IMG/VR virus record: IMGVR_UViG_3300025718_000001
Span: 1-64,000 of that record
Reading direction: 5' to 3' (one strand)
Length of the DNA: 64,000 nt
DNA from: a virus
Both the position numbers and the translations under genes were made by a program. Shown piece after piece: positions 43,777 to 52,402 of this stretch. Below the pieces are notes generated by a model. That model searched no databases. It was given only the letters and a program-made list of their open reading frames with translations, and was not told the origin of the DNA. Positions within the stretch are counted from its first letter, which is position 1. Each line of letters starts with the position of its first letter.

Positions 43777-44486
43777 TCAGCGATATTATTCGCCTATCCG
43801 CTTTATATGTCTTAGCTAGGGTCCTTGCTGAGATAGCTTTCCCTTCTGGTAAAGTAGTTATTAAGTATCTCTTCTATACAGGCGTTATATTGACCGTAGT
43901 TGGCGTTGTAGGTCCACAGATTAACCGTATGACCTCAGACTTACATGAGGTTGCAGTTACCTATACTAAGGCCAGGGAGGGAGTACAGAGCATCAAGAGC
44001 GGAGTAGACGCTGTCACTAACTTGCCAGAAATGATGGAGTCAATACCTTATGTAGGAGTCGCGGCAAAGTATCCACCAGGGATAACGCTAATGGAAAAGC
44101 TAAGACCATCTACTATCCGTTTTAGCGTGCCGGTAGTAGGACCCATCTCTCAGCCATTCAAAGGCGCAGATCATCACGGCATAGACATTGCCGTGAATGT
44201 TGGTACACCAGTTAAAGCATCTAGGGTAGGAGTAATTTGCGTTAATCACGACAGCATTTATGGGGATTATGTAATTGTAGACCATGGCGAAGGATGGCAG
44301 ACGCTTTATGCTCACCTGTCTAAGGTTAGCGCAAAAGCAGGGGATAAGGTTTTAGGGGGAAGCATAATCGGGCTTAGCGGAGGAATTAAAGGAGCAGAGG
44401 GTTCGGGCAATTCAGAAGGACCGCATTTGCATTTTGAGATTAGGGTTGGTGGAATCGTGAGGGACCCGCAACCATATCTTAGATAA
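43773..44486 (+). CDS. membrane-anchored M23 (LytM) peptidoglycan peptidase
   Basis: N-terminal TM segments, then HHGIDIA, VDHGEGWQTLYAHL and GPHLHFEIR. Confidence 0.85.
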   Translation: MISDIIRLSALYVLARVLAEIAFPSGKVVIKYLFYTGVILTVVGVVGPQINRMTSDLHEVAVTYTKAREGVQSIKSGVDAVTNLPEMMESIPYVGVAAKYPPGITLMEKLRPSTIRFSVPVVGPISQPFKGADHHGIDIAVNVGTPVKASRVGVICVNHDSIYGDYVIVDHGEGWQTLYAHLSKVSAKAGDKVLGGSIIGLSGGIKGAEGSGNSEGPHLHFEIRVGGIVRDPQPYLR

Positions 44487-44499
44487 AGGAGTGTTTATT

Positions 44500-44700
44500 A
44501 TGGCAAAGTCTAAACGACAGGTCATCGGATGTGAACAACTTATTGCAGCAATAATGCTATTCGCTCAAAAATCTTCACAATATGAGTATCAGGGAGCCAT
44601 ACTCCAAGATGAATGGGAAGAAGTAACTGTTGAGTCTTTAATCGAATGTGTAAGAAAGGAATTGGGAGGGAAGGAACTCGTGATGGAGGCGGTAAAATGA
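44500..44700 (+). CDS. hypothetical protein (66 aa)
   Basis: ATG follows AAAGGAG. Confidence 0.55.
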   Translation: MAKSKRQVIGCEQLIAAIMLFAQKSSQYEYQGAILQDEWEEVTVESLIECVRKELGGKELVMEAVK

Positions 44701-44819
44701 AAGTATGGATAGTAGTTGATATGTATTGGGGAAACATACTATCTGTTTATTCCAACGAGAAGGATGCTTGGGATGATAAAACAGAAGGAACGGAAATATT
44801 TGAAAGGATCGTGAAGTAA
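44697..44819 (+). CDS. 40-aa hypothetical protein
   Basis: ATGA overlap with the upstream stop. Confidence 0.45.
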   Translation: MKVWIVVDMYWGNILSVYSNEKDAWDDKTEGTEIFERIVK

Positions 44820-44820
44820 A

Positions 44821-45486
44821 ATGTTTATAGTCCTTCGCAAGTCCTCTATTAAAAGAACACTAGCTATCGCCATGATGCTTATCATAATAGGACTCTCTTT
44901 GAAATCACCAGCGTTCACTCAGGCTAACGAATCCCCCTTATACTACTTATACCCCTATCCAAGCAATAACCCCTCTCAAACGTCTTTATTCTGGTCAGAG
45001 GCAGATCCATCAATGGGAGCATTTAGTCTGGATATGTGGCATAAGATAGTGCCCGGCAGGCAGATCGTAGTGGGATTGCCAAAGGGCTATGATATTGTTG
45101 AAACAAGGGGAGGGATATTATCCGACTACATTAAAGCGAAAATAGGAAGCAATTTAAAGAATGGGAGTAAGCCTGTAGATGTCGGTAAACCTGTTCCGAT
45201 CCCGAAGGACAGTATAACTTATGAGCGAAAGATAACTTCCGATGGGATTCAAGAGAAAATCAGAGTAGAAGTTGGAGAGCATTTTAGGGATAATGATAAT
45301 TTTGAGAGATACCTTGACAGCGTAAAACGAAATCTAACTAATAAAAATGAATTGCCAGACAGACCGCCTGTTCCACTAGAGATACCAGAACCTACGCCAG
45401 AAGCCGCGAAAGCCGTAGGGAATACACTTGTACTTAGCGGAGTAGTAATTATGATGTTTAAGCTTTTACCTTTGTTGGCATTATAG
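44821..45486 (+). CDS. secreted or membrane-anchored protein (221 aa)
   Basis: Signal-like N-terminus, a proline-rich segment and a C-terminal hydrophobic anchor. Confidence 0.6.
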   Translation: MFIVLRKSSIKRTLAIAMMLIIIGLSLKSPAFTQANESPLYYLYPYPSNNPSQTSLFWSEADPSMGAFSLDMWHKIVPGRQIVVGLPKGYDIVETRGGILSDYIKAKIGSNLKNGSKPVDVGKPVPIPKDSITYERKITSDGIQEKIRVEVGEHFRDNDNFERYLDSVKRNLTNKNELPDRPPVPLEIPEPTPEAAKAVGNTLVLSGVVIMMFKLLPLLAL

Positions 45487-45490
45487 GCAT

Positions 45491-45530
45491 AAAAATACCG
45501 TCCGGCTCGATTGAGTTTAGACGGTATTTT
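45491..45530. terminator. bidirectional terminator between convergent operons
   Basis: AAAATACCGTC...GACGGTATTTT, an 11-bp stem with A/T runs on both sides. Confidence 0.7.
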
Positions 45531-45538
45531 TGGTTTAT

Positions 45539-45871
45539 TTATTTCTTATTCTCAAACGCATATCCCATTGCTTCATCGAAACTACAACCACCATTATAAT
45601 AGCTCACTTCAAAATTAAGTATTCCATCCTTGCCCTCAGTTACAATGAATGTATCATCATTCCCCACTTCTTTCTTTTCCACTAAATACAAGATTCCTTC
45701 ATTCTCAATATATTTCTCATAATCTTCGTCAAGCAACCCATCTTTGTAGGAATCGTAGAAGCCGTCTAGTTCATCCTTACCCCACAATCTCTTACATTGA
45801 TCTTCAAGCGTTTCATTGTCCAATCTCTCAACTGCTATTAATGTTCCTCTGTAGTGTACTGTTTCGCTCAT
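45539..45871 (-). CDS. strongly acidic hypothetical protein (110 aa)
   Basis: ORF rich in D and E residues. Confidence 0.55.
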   Translation of the reverse strand: MSETVHYRGTLIAVERLDNETLEDQCKRLWGKDELDGFYDSYKDGLLDEDYEKYIENEGILYLVEKKEVGNDDTFIVTEGKDGILNFEVSYYNGGCSFDEAMGYAFENKK

Positions 45872-45895
45872 CCCTATTTCATCCCCCTACAATAT

Positions 45896-46180
45896 TTATT
45901 TCCCTAACACTTTTATCCCATCAAAAGACTTCCTTATCCCACTACACAATAACGATTCTCTAACCTCCTCTATCGTCTCGCAAGTTCCAACTCCCCATAT
46001 GGCTGACTTCTCCTGAAGACTTATTAGCTCTATGTCCTTGGATTCCTCATCATAATCATTATCTAGCTGAACGATGTATTTGTGATCTACGTCATTGTTG
46101 ATGCGCGTTATTACTACTACGGAACCTAATTCAATTTTGCCAATCTCGTCAATTAGATTGTTAATATATGTTTTATCCAT
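45896..46180 (-). CDS. acidic hypothetical protein (94 aa)
   Basis: ORF in an operon. Confidence 0.55.
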   Translation of the reverse strand: MDKTYINNLIDEIGKIELGSVVVITRINNDVDHKYIVQLDNDYDEESKDIELISLQEKSAIWGVGTCETIEEVRESLLCSGIRKSFDGIKVLGK

Positions 46181-46183
46181 TAC

Positions 46184-46474
46184 TTATTCCTCACTTCCGC
46201 TAGACACGCGTTTTTTGAGCACCGCAATTCTTCTTTTGAATAATTCTTTAGCCGAACCCAGCATTTTTATATCGTGCAAATCTTCCTTTGTTATCTCACA
46301 CGATTTAAACAGATTGCTGGCATTCCTCTTATCACCTTCATCATAAAGGAGGGGTTGTATGTCGCTAATGGTACAGTTTTTTAAAACGTCTATGCCTTTT
46401 TCCTCTAAATCTCTTAGGAATTGCTCAGTTTGTTTTATTAAATCAGCAGTCATCTTTTTATTCCTCCCTCCCAT
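46184..46474 (-). CDS. hypothetical protein (96 aa)
   Basis: ORF in an operon. Confidence 0.55.
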   Translation of the reverse strand: MGGRNKKMTADLIKQTEQFLRDLEEKGIDVLKNCTISDIQPLLYDEGDKRNASNLFKSCEITKEDLHDIKMLGSAKELFKRRIAVLKKRVSSGSEE

Positions 46475-46488
46475 ACTTCTTCAAGAGA

Positions 46489-46881
46489 TCATTCCGTTGC
46501 TTTTAACCCAGCAATCCATTTGCTTAAATTACCTCTCTTGTGTTCAGAAATTCCAGTTGATTCAGGGTGCATTCTTATATATTCCTTTATCATCTCCCTG
46601 TCTCTTTGCTTATCTCGTTCGGTTATTGGGATGATTGTTACCCCTTTATAGTCTCGAACGGAATCAACTTTTATTACGCCGTATGGAGGATGTAGTTTCT
46701 TGAACCTCGGCACCATCTCTCCATTAACCTCAACCTTCTCGAAAAATATATCCCTCGGTCGAGCGTACATTGCTCCTTTTTCGTTCTGATATACCACAAG
46801 AAAATCACCTGTTTCAGTATGCAAAACCGACGTATCAATTAGTGTATAGATGCCACCTTTGTAATGCTGGTATTTAGTCAT
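46489..46881 (-). CDS. DUF1653-like protein
   Basis: YQHYKGGIYTLI...ETGDFLVVYQN...YARPRDIFF. Confidence 0.55.
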   Translation of the reverse strand: MTKYQHYKGGIYTLIDTSVLHTETGDFLVVYQNEKGAMYARPRDIFFEKVEVNGEMVPRFKKLHPPYGVIKVDSVRDYKGVTIIPITERDKQRDREMIKEYIRMHPESTGISEHKRGNLSKWIAGLKATE

Positions 46882-47331
46882 TCAATCATTCCTTCCATAC
46901 TTCTTATTCAAAATATTGTCAATGTGGTTGTTGGGCTTAGGATTCCACAACGCACTCCTAAAAATCTCATTGATATTATCGAAAACTTCCACAGGCAACG
47001 CAACCCGACACATTTCATAATTACTATAATCAGAAGGAGATATGCCCAACGCCCTGGACATTTTCACAATATTAATCTGTAGCTCTCTCCTTTTAGCCTT
47101 AATCAATAGCATATCTATATTGTTCTTACTGTTCTCCTCTTCTACTGCAGCTCTTCTTTCTTCCAAAGCATTCAGTTGTATATCCCTGTTTCGTTTGACT
47201 AAGCAACTTATATTATGACAATCGTATGCCCTGCCATGAGTACCGTTTGGACCATCCCATAGCGCAAAGATGTATTTAGTTGGGTCGGAGCAGGTTTGAC
47301 AGTTCACATCAATACTCAACCTTTCCACCAC
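46882..47331 (-). CDS. Cys-containing protein with a possible XRE-like HTH
   Basis: IVKMSRALGISPSDYSNYE. Start is uncertain. Confidence 0.45.
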   Translation of the reverse strand: MVERLSIDVNCQTCSDPTKYIFALWDGPNGTHGRAYDCHNISCLVKRNRDIQLNALEERRAAVEEENSKNNIDMLLIKAKRRELQINIVKMSRALGISPSDYSNYEMCRVALPVEVFDNINEIFRSALWNPKPNNHIDNILNKKYGRND

Positions 47332-47689
47332 AATGATGGCAATAGTTACAATTAAAAAGTTTAGTTATTATCTCAGGGCAAATCATTTTTCCACAATGGG
47401 GACAAAATTGCACTTCATGTAATAATGGGAGATCGCACTCTGCCCCTGTCTTACTTATTAGTTTTGTTGATTTATTTTTTAGATACATAGATATCATATC
47501 GTTAGCATTTGCCCTTATCATATTAATTTGATTTTGATACACAAGCTTTGAGTGAATTTCATTGCCAGTGCGTGGATGCTCAAAATACAGACCCATATTT
47601 CTCCATTGTTTCTTCAACTCTTGTATAAGTTCCCCGGCTTGATTTTCTATTGCTTCAATGATTTTGTCGTTGTAGATATCGCAGTTCAT
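47309..47689 (-). CDS. zinc-ribbon protein (126 aa)
   Basis: ATG at 47689 follows GGAAGGAG. Contains CPHCG...CHHCG. Confidence 0.55.
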   Translation of the reverse strand: MNCDIYNDKIIEAIENQAGELIQELKKQWRNMGLYFEHPRTGNEIHSKLVYQNQINMIRANANDMISMYLKNKSTKLISKTGAECDLPLLHEVQFCPHCGKMICPEIITKLFNCNYCHHCGGKVEY

Positions 47690-47892
47690 TATTTCAACTC
47701 CTTCCCACAAATAGGGCAATAGTTAATATCAATATATGCAGAATCAGAATGAGCATCAAAGCTAATAAAAGCTTTGCCATTGCAGTCATCATCATCTATG
47801 CATATTCTTACATCCCCATTGGGTAATAGTTCCTTTTCCCTTAAACAGTAATTACACCCTTTACGCTTTGTTATTGAGGTGTCATATGACAT
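47689..47892 (-). CDS. zinc-ribbon protein (67 aa)
   Basis: CNYC...CPICG. Confidence 0.55.
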   Translation of the reverse strand: MSYDTSITKRKGCNYCLREKELLPNGDVRICIDDDDCNGKAFISFDAHSDSAYIDINYCPICGKELK

Positions 47893-47894
47893 CC

Positions 47895-48284
47895 TTATTC
47901 TCCACCCTTCTTAATATCTAGCAATTCGCCATTCTCATAAACATTCCCCACAACCTCAATACTCCTAAATATATTCTGAAATTCAATCCAGTTCCAATTA
48001 CCGAACCAAAGGGAACCACCTCGCCATACGATCTGATGAGTGAATTCTTCCTCGTTGTGCTTGAATGCTTTGACGATATCTTTTTCGTAGATTTCGACTT
48101 GGTTTTTGTCGAGAAGGTTTGTGAACTCCATCAGTTCAAAGTCCGTAACTTTATAGGTATCATCATCTGAAAGTTCCAATCTTCCATCTATATGGATTAT
48201 AAGTATGTCACCACTGGAAAGCTCGCTGTCGTAAAACATTTCATTCATAACCTTATCCCATGCGCGAAATTTGATTATTTTCAT
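47895..48284 (-). CDS. YopX-family protein
   Basis: N-terminus MKIIKFRAWDKVMNEMFYD. Confidence 0.6.
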   Translation of the reverse strand: MKIIKFRAWDKVMNEMFYDSELSSGDILIIHIDGRLELSDDDTYKVTDFELMEFTNLLDKNQVEIYEKDIVKAFKHNEEEFTHQIVWRGGSLWFGNWNWIEFQNIFRSIEVVGNVYENGELLDIKKGGE

Positions 48285-48301
48285 TTATTCTCCACCCTTC
48301 T

Positions 48302-48721
48302 TTAACACCATTCAACCTTTGTGCCATCGGAAAAGATATTCTTTAAATCTGACATTTTGGCACAATCCTTCCTGCCCGAATAACCAAAGCTAATGCTATC
48401 GTCACATTCCTTGATTAGTGAGTATATTTCCTTGGCTTGTTTTCTATCTATCTTCCCATTGCAATCTGCTTGATACAAGAAATTGGCTACTTCTACCGTT
48501 ACTTCTTTTTGCTTTATGAGTTCCTCCGTAGTTGCGTTATACTTTTTGAAAAAATCCTCTCTTTTACTTCCGTATAAAATCATAACCTCTGGCCTATCCA
48601 TACTTACGTAATGCTCACCGAACCTCTTCCCTACCTTTTCGGATACCAAGTTCCTAAACCTATTAAAGCCGAAGTACCCCATATCGCAACTATGTCTTTT
48701 TGAGCTTATTGTTATCCCCAT
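48302..48721 (-). CDS. hypothetical protein (139 aa)
   Basis: ORF in an operon. Confidence 0.55.
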   Translation of the reverse strand: MGITISSKRHSCDMGYFGFNRFRNLVSEKVGKRFGEHYVSMDRPEVMILYGSKREDFFKKYNATTEELIKQKEVTVEVANFLYQADCNGKIDRKQAKEIYSLIKECDDSISFGYSGRKDCAKMSDLKNIFSDGTKVEWC

Positions 48722-48736
48722 GTTTACCTTTCCTCC

Positions 48737-49546
48737 TTATTTCAATCCTGCTTCATAATATAGATTCTCCAATATACCCCTCATCGCAAAGTGATTAATA
48801 TTATGGTCTGTCTCAAGATGATTTCGCAGAAAATGTTGGTCAATCATAGTTTCCATGTTTCCCTCATCTATAGAGAATTCACTCATAAAGCCGCTAATAA
48901 CTTCCGATACTCTTTCTATTTGCTTTTTCTTTAAAGCAGAATGTTCATATCCCTTGTATTCAAGATAAGCATTGAAGTAATAGGCAATTGTAGAAGCAGA
49001 CCTTCTCACATACTCTTTTACCTCTGACGTACGCGCATCTACAGATCGCGTACCATTATAATTATTGTATTTTATGTCGGTAGTTTGTGGAGTAGTGTAT
49101 GTTAAAGAATCTTCCGAAACGCAGTCCTCTTTATTTGTAATAGAAGTTTCCTTACTTTGAAAGCGAAGAAACTGATCAATAAAGGCTTTTTGATTAATCT
49201 TATAGTGGATAGTTGGATTTCCGTTAGCTTTCTTGAGCTTGGTTTCGAGTATTCCCATAGACTCTAGATTCTTCCGAATCTTCCTTAACGAATATTCGGA
49301 AATGAAAACCTCATCTTGCCATTCCCTAATTGTTTTGTAGATGAATCCGTCTTTCCTACTCCCCTTGTCTGTCCAGTAAATAAGTTGAGCAAGAAATACT
49401 CCTGACTCTAGATCACCAGTGAAGCGAATTATTTCCCTTGGTATGGCGAGTAGATTCTTTTCGCCCGATAATGATTGAATCATATTGAATATTTGTTGTT
49501 GGAATGAATCATTATTTTGATTGTTCAATCCATTCGATAACTGCAT
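48737..49546 (-). CDS. wHTH replication-initiator/DnaD-N-like protein
   Basis: GVFLAQLIYWTDKGSRKDGFIYKTIREWQDEVFISEYSLRKIRKNLESMGILE...NPTIHYKIN. Confidence 0.45.
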   Translation of the reverse strand: MQLSNGLNNQNNDSFQQQIFNMIQSLSGEKNLLAIPREIIRFTGDLESGVFLAQLIYWTDKGSRKDGFIYKTIREWQDEVFISEYSLRKIRKNLESMGILETKLKKANGNPTIHYKINQKAFIDQFLRFQSKETSITNKEDCVSEDSLTYTTPQTTDIKYNNYNGTRSVDARTSEVKEYVRRSASTIAYYFNAYLEYKGYEHSALKKKQIERVSEVISGFMSEFSIDEGNMETMIDQHFLRNHLETDHNINHFAMRGILENLYYEAGLK

Positions 49547-49697
49547 CCTTCTCTATCCTCCAATCCCTCACAACCTTAAACGCCTTCAACCTACCCTCGG
49601 TGATTTCTTTTTGAATAGTTCGCTTACTGATTTTCAGGAATTCTGAAAGTTGCCTAATCGTCACAACGTCTGGTAATTTATCAAGTCCCATTTTCAA
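49512..49697 (-). CDS. excisionase-family (MerR-like) HTH DNA-binding protein
   Basis: VTIRQLSEFLKISKRTIQKEITEGRLKAFKV. Confidence 0.55.
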   Translation of the reverse strand: MKMGLDKLPDVVTIRQLSEFLKISKRTIQKEITEGRLKAFKVVRDWRIEKDAVIEWIEQSK

Positions 49698-49708
49698 CCT
49701 CCTATCTT

Positions 49709-49749
49709 GTGTATACCTGTGCTAATTGTACCATATCAATGTATACCTG
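49709..49749. repeat. two direct TGTATACCTGT repeats 30 bp apart; operator candidates
   Basis: Copies at 49709-19 and 49739-49. They overlap a minus-strand TTGATA, 18 nt, TATACA promoter. Confidence 0.45.
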
Positions 49750-49772
49750 TCCATGTTTATTTCCATATTTGA

Positions 49773-49806
49773 ACAAAAAAAGAACCCCCACTATTTCTAG
49801 TAGGGG
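49773..49806 (-). terminator. terminator after the lysis cassette
   Basis: Minus strand CCCCCTACTA-gaaa-TAGTGGGGG followed by TTCTTTTTTT. Confidence 0.65.
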
Positions 49807-49820
49807 GAGAGATTTATACA

Positions 49821-50225
49821 TTATTTAGTCTGTGCTGACAATGCCTGAATATTATCTGCTACTACGGCATTAAAAGCGGAATTCGCTTGATCTAAGACGG
49901 GTTGAAGAACGCTTGGTATGATTGGCTCAGTTGTTGATCCAAACGAAGCTGTGGGCATCGCAGGGGCTTCTATTGGCACATCTGAGATGGCTATATGCTC
50001 AGGTGCTACAACAGACTTACCAGTGATAACCTTAGTTGCCTTGATGCGCCCATATATGGCCACAGCAGAACCAATAGCCCCCGAGATAGCAAGGGCAGTA
50101 TTGACCATATCCCCCTGCATTTGAGTGTTGATATCGTAGTTGAACGCAGAAGCGATGAGACTGAGCAAGACTACGATTGAGCCGATTACAGAACTCGACT
50201 GCCACCAGAGTTTAGTTTCAGACAT
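49821..50225 (-). CDS. two-TM membrane protein, putative holin
   Basis: Two hydrophobic helices in the N-terminal half. Last gene of the lysis cassette. Confidence 0.45.
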   Translation of the reverse strand: MSETKLWWQSSSVIGSIVVLLSLIASAFNYDINTQMQGDMVNTALAISGAIGSAVAIYGRIKATKVITGKSVVAPEHIAISDVPIEAPAMPTASFGSTTEPIIPSVLQPVLDQANSAFNAVVADNIQALSAQTK

Positions 50226-50243
50226 TTTAATTCCTTCTTTCTC

Positions 50244-50912
50244 TTATTTTTGTTGCAATAATGCAAGTGTTAATTTTTTGCAAGCAAAGCCATCCGCGAA
50301 AGTTTTAGCCATGAACGCTGTTGATAAGCTTTCTTGAATACATACGACTACGTAGCAATCGGGATCGGGGTCTACTGTTTTTACGTCTGGCATTTTAGGC
50401 ACCTCCTGAATTACTGATTTATTACCTAATACCGCTTTCTCAAACTCATCGTAGGACCACATACCCCTTAGTGTGGGAACCTTAGAATAAGTGCACCCTG
50501 GGCAGTCTGTATACGTCACCTGACCGTGTGGATATACATTGTCTAGGGTTAACCCATACTGAGCCATTAGACGCTTTACAAGGGCAACTAGAGCGTTAAA
50601 TTGAGCTTGTGGCATGGGATACTTTGTGAAGTCCCCAGCTACACCAATTCCGATGGAGTTTTGATTCCACCATTGATCCCCCTTTTGAGAATAAGGTTTT
50701 TTATCAGAAAGTGTATGCGCTCCCTGGTAATTAAGTGGTCTACCGTCTCTGATTGTTCCGTCTGCTTCTACCCCAAAATCATATTCAGGGTAATCATAGT
50801 TGGCAGGATTCCAACGTTTGAGAATGGATACTTCAGGAGGTTTACCGTCCCCCATGTGGTGAATGACTATATCTTGGATTGATCTGTTAAATGGAGTTGA
50901 CATATTTTTCAC
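50244..50912 (-). CDS. N-acetylmuramoyl-L-alanine amidase endolysin (Amidase_2/PGRP type)
   Basis: IVIHHMGDG, NSIGIGVAGDF and YPHGQVTYTDCPG. Confidence 0.8.
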   Translation of the reverse strand: MKNMSTPFNRSIQDIVIHHMGDGKPPEVSILKRWNPANYDYPEYDFGVEADGTIRDGRPLNYQGAHTLSDKKPYSQKGDQWWNQNSIGIGVAGDFTKYPMPQAQFNALVALVKRLMAQYGLTLDNVYPHGQVTYTDCPGCTYSKVPTLRGMWSYDEFEKAVLGNKSVIQEVPKMPDVKTVDPDPDCYVVVCIQESLSTAFMAKTFADGFACKKLTLALLQQK

Positions 50913-51302
50913 CTACTTTCCTAAAAACTTATCTAAAATAGTTATGTTCTGCCCTAGAGCCACTAGCAATATTAGTGCAAACAAGACAAACCCACCCTTG
51001 ATAACCCAAGTGCCTAATTCGCTTTGCCAGAATCTAGCCTCCTTTTCTTGCTCTATTACTCCCTCTCGTTCTTCTCGTTCTGACGTTCTATCAAGGATTC
51101 GATTGTCAATTCGTTCGAGTGCATCATTCTGCTTTTCTTGATTTTTCATAGCGATTTCTTGAAGGACAGTCAGGCGAACTAAAAGTTCTTTCATGTCTGT
51201 AATTGCGCCAGTGTGACCGTCTAGGCGTTTGTCTAAAGTATTGAGCTCTTTATCAACCGCCGCGTGTGTTCGAGAGCATGAATCGTTGGATACATCGGTC
51301 AT
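50913..51302 (-). CDS. XhlA-like lysis accessory membrane protein
   Basis: ATG at 51302 follows AAAGGGG. Coiled coil plus a C-terminal TM (VIKGGFVLFALILLVAL). Same position as PBSX xhlA. Confidence 0.5.
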   Translation of the reverse strand: MTDVSNDSCSRTHAAVDKELNTLDKRLDGHTGAITDMKELLVRLTVLQEIAMKNQEKQNDALERIDNRILDRTSEREEREGVIEQEKEARFWQSELGTWVIKGGFVLFALILLVALGQNITILDKFLGK

Positions 51303-51520
51303 AGTTAATCCCCTTTCTTGATCGTGCACCTCTTCTAAAAGAGGGAATAGAAAGAGACACCCGATTGCTCGAATGTCTCTTGTGGTGCCGATATCCTGCA
51401 CCCTGCCGTGGTGTTGCCAACATATACTGAGGGATACCTGGCAAAGGCGTTTGTCACTAAAGCAGCCTTGCAAAGCAAACTTTAGTCTATCCCTCAGTGT
51501 TTTGGATTATATCATAACCC
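51303..51520 (-). promoter_or_regulatory. promoter plus ~195-nt structured leader of the lysis cassette
   Basis: Minus-strand TGATATAAT (51514-06), a 10-bp closing stem CTGAGGGATA/TATCCCTCAG, then GAGACA..TGTCTC followed by TTTCTATT. Confidence 0.4.
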
Positions 51521-52402
51521 TTAGATAAGGGATAGTTGTTGGTGGCCGTTTTTCATTCCAATCCATTCATGTATTTTAGCTAGTCTTTCCTCGCTGAAAA
51601 ATGGTTGGCGTTTGTACCAGGATTCCATGTTACTTTTGCCTTTACTGGAATTAATAGTCTTTTCGCATGGAACGATATTTTGTCTTACGTAATGCCCTCC
51701 CATAATTATGGGGATTATATGATCTTGGCTGATTTTTTTCATAGGTGAACCAGTGTAGGCATCCACATAATTAAAGAAGTTTAGGCAATCTTCTAGATCT
51801 TTGTTTGAAAATGTTGATATAAGTGATTTCTTTATAGCTCTCCGTTTTTGAGTGCTAACATTTACTTTGTCCTTATTGGACTTTTTCCAATTACTACGGC
51901 GTTTTGATATCTTATCCATGTTGTCAATGGCATATTTTTTTATAGATTCTTGATTATCCACATGTTGTTGCTTGATGATTTCTTTATGCAATTCGTAATA
52001 TATCTTTCCTCGTTGCTTTATGGCGTCCTTATTTTCTTCTTGGTATTTTTTGGCGTAAGCAGAGGCGATTTCCTTATTTTCTGGTATGTCCCTATAACGC
52101 TTCAATCGCGCTAATACTTGCTCTTTGTTCTCTTCGATGTATATTCCCTTAGACTCTTTTAATCTTTCCCCATTAACCAGTCGATAATTCTTATGATAAT
52201 TAGCTATTTTATCTTTGTTTTCTTCTAGATATACCATCTTTACCGCACGTATTTTCTCCTTGTTGTCCAAGTTATATTGCTTATCGCGTTTTTTTACGCA
52301 AATTTTGCAGATACCTTCAATTCCGTTTTTACATGACTTCCTAGCCTTAAAATACTCTTTTGTTGCTGGCTTGCTTTCCTCGCACTTAGTACATACCTTC
52401 AT
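51521..52402 (-). CDS. HNH endonuclease with a Zn-ribbon N-terminus and ~15-aa tandem repeats
   Basis: MKVCTKCEESKP..., repeated Y..ENK(E/D)KI units, and DHIIPIIMGG...NIVP...N..KG. ATGA coupling at 52402. Confidence 0.8.
   Translation of the reverse strand: MKVCTKCEESKPATKEYFKARKSCKNGIEGICKICVKKRDKQYNLDNKEKIRAVKMVYLEENKDKIANYHKNYRLVNGERLKESKGIYIEENKEQVLARLKRYRDIPENKEIASAYAKKYQEENKDAIKQRGKIYYELHKEIIKQQHVDNQESIKKYAIDNMDKISKRRSNWKKSNKDKVNVSTQKRRAIKKSLISTFSNKDLEDCLNFFNYVDAYTGSPMKKISQDHIIPIIMGGHYVRQNIVPCEKTINSSKGKSNMESWYKRQPFFSEERLAKIHEWIGMKNGHQQLSLI

Noticed and set aside
51303-51473. N-terminal extension of the XhlA-like ORF (track ORF 50913..51473)
   Set aside because: The internal ATG at 51302 has a good SD (AAAGGGG). 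The extension overlaps the structured leader and translates to an unlikely Cys/His-rich sequence.
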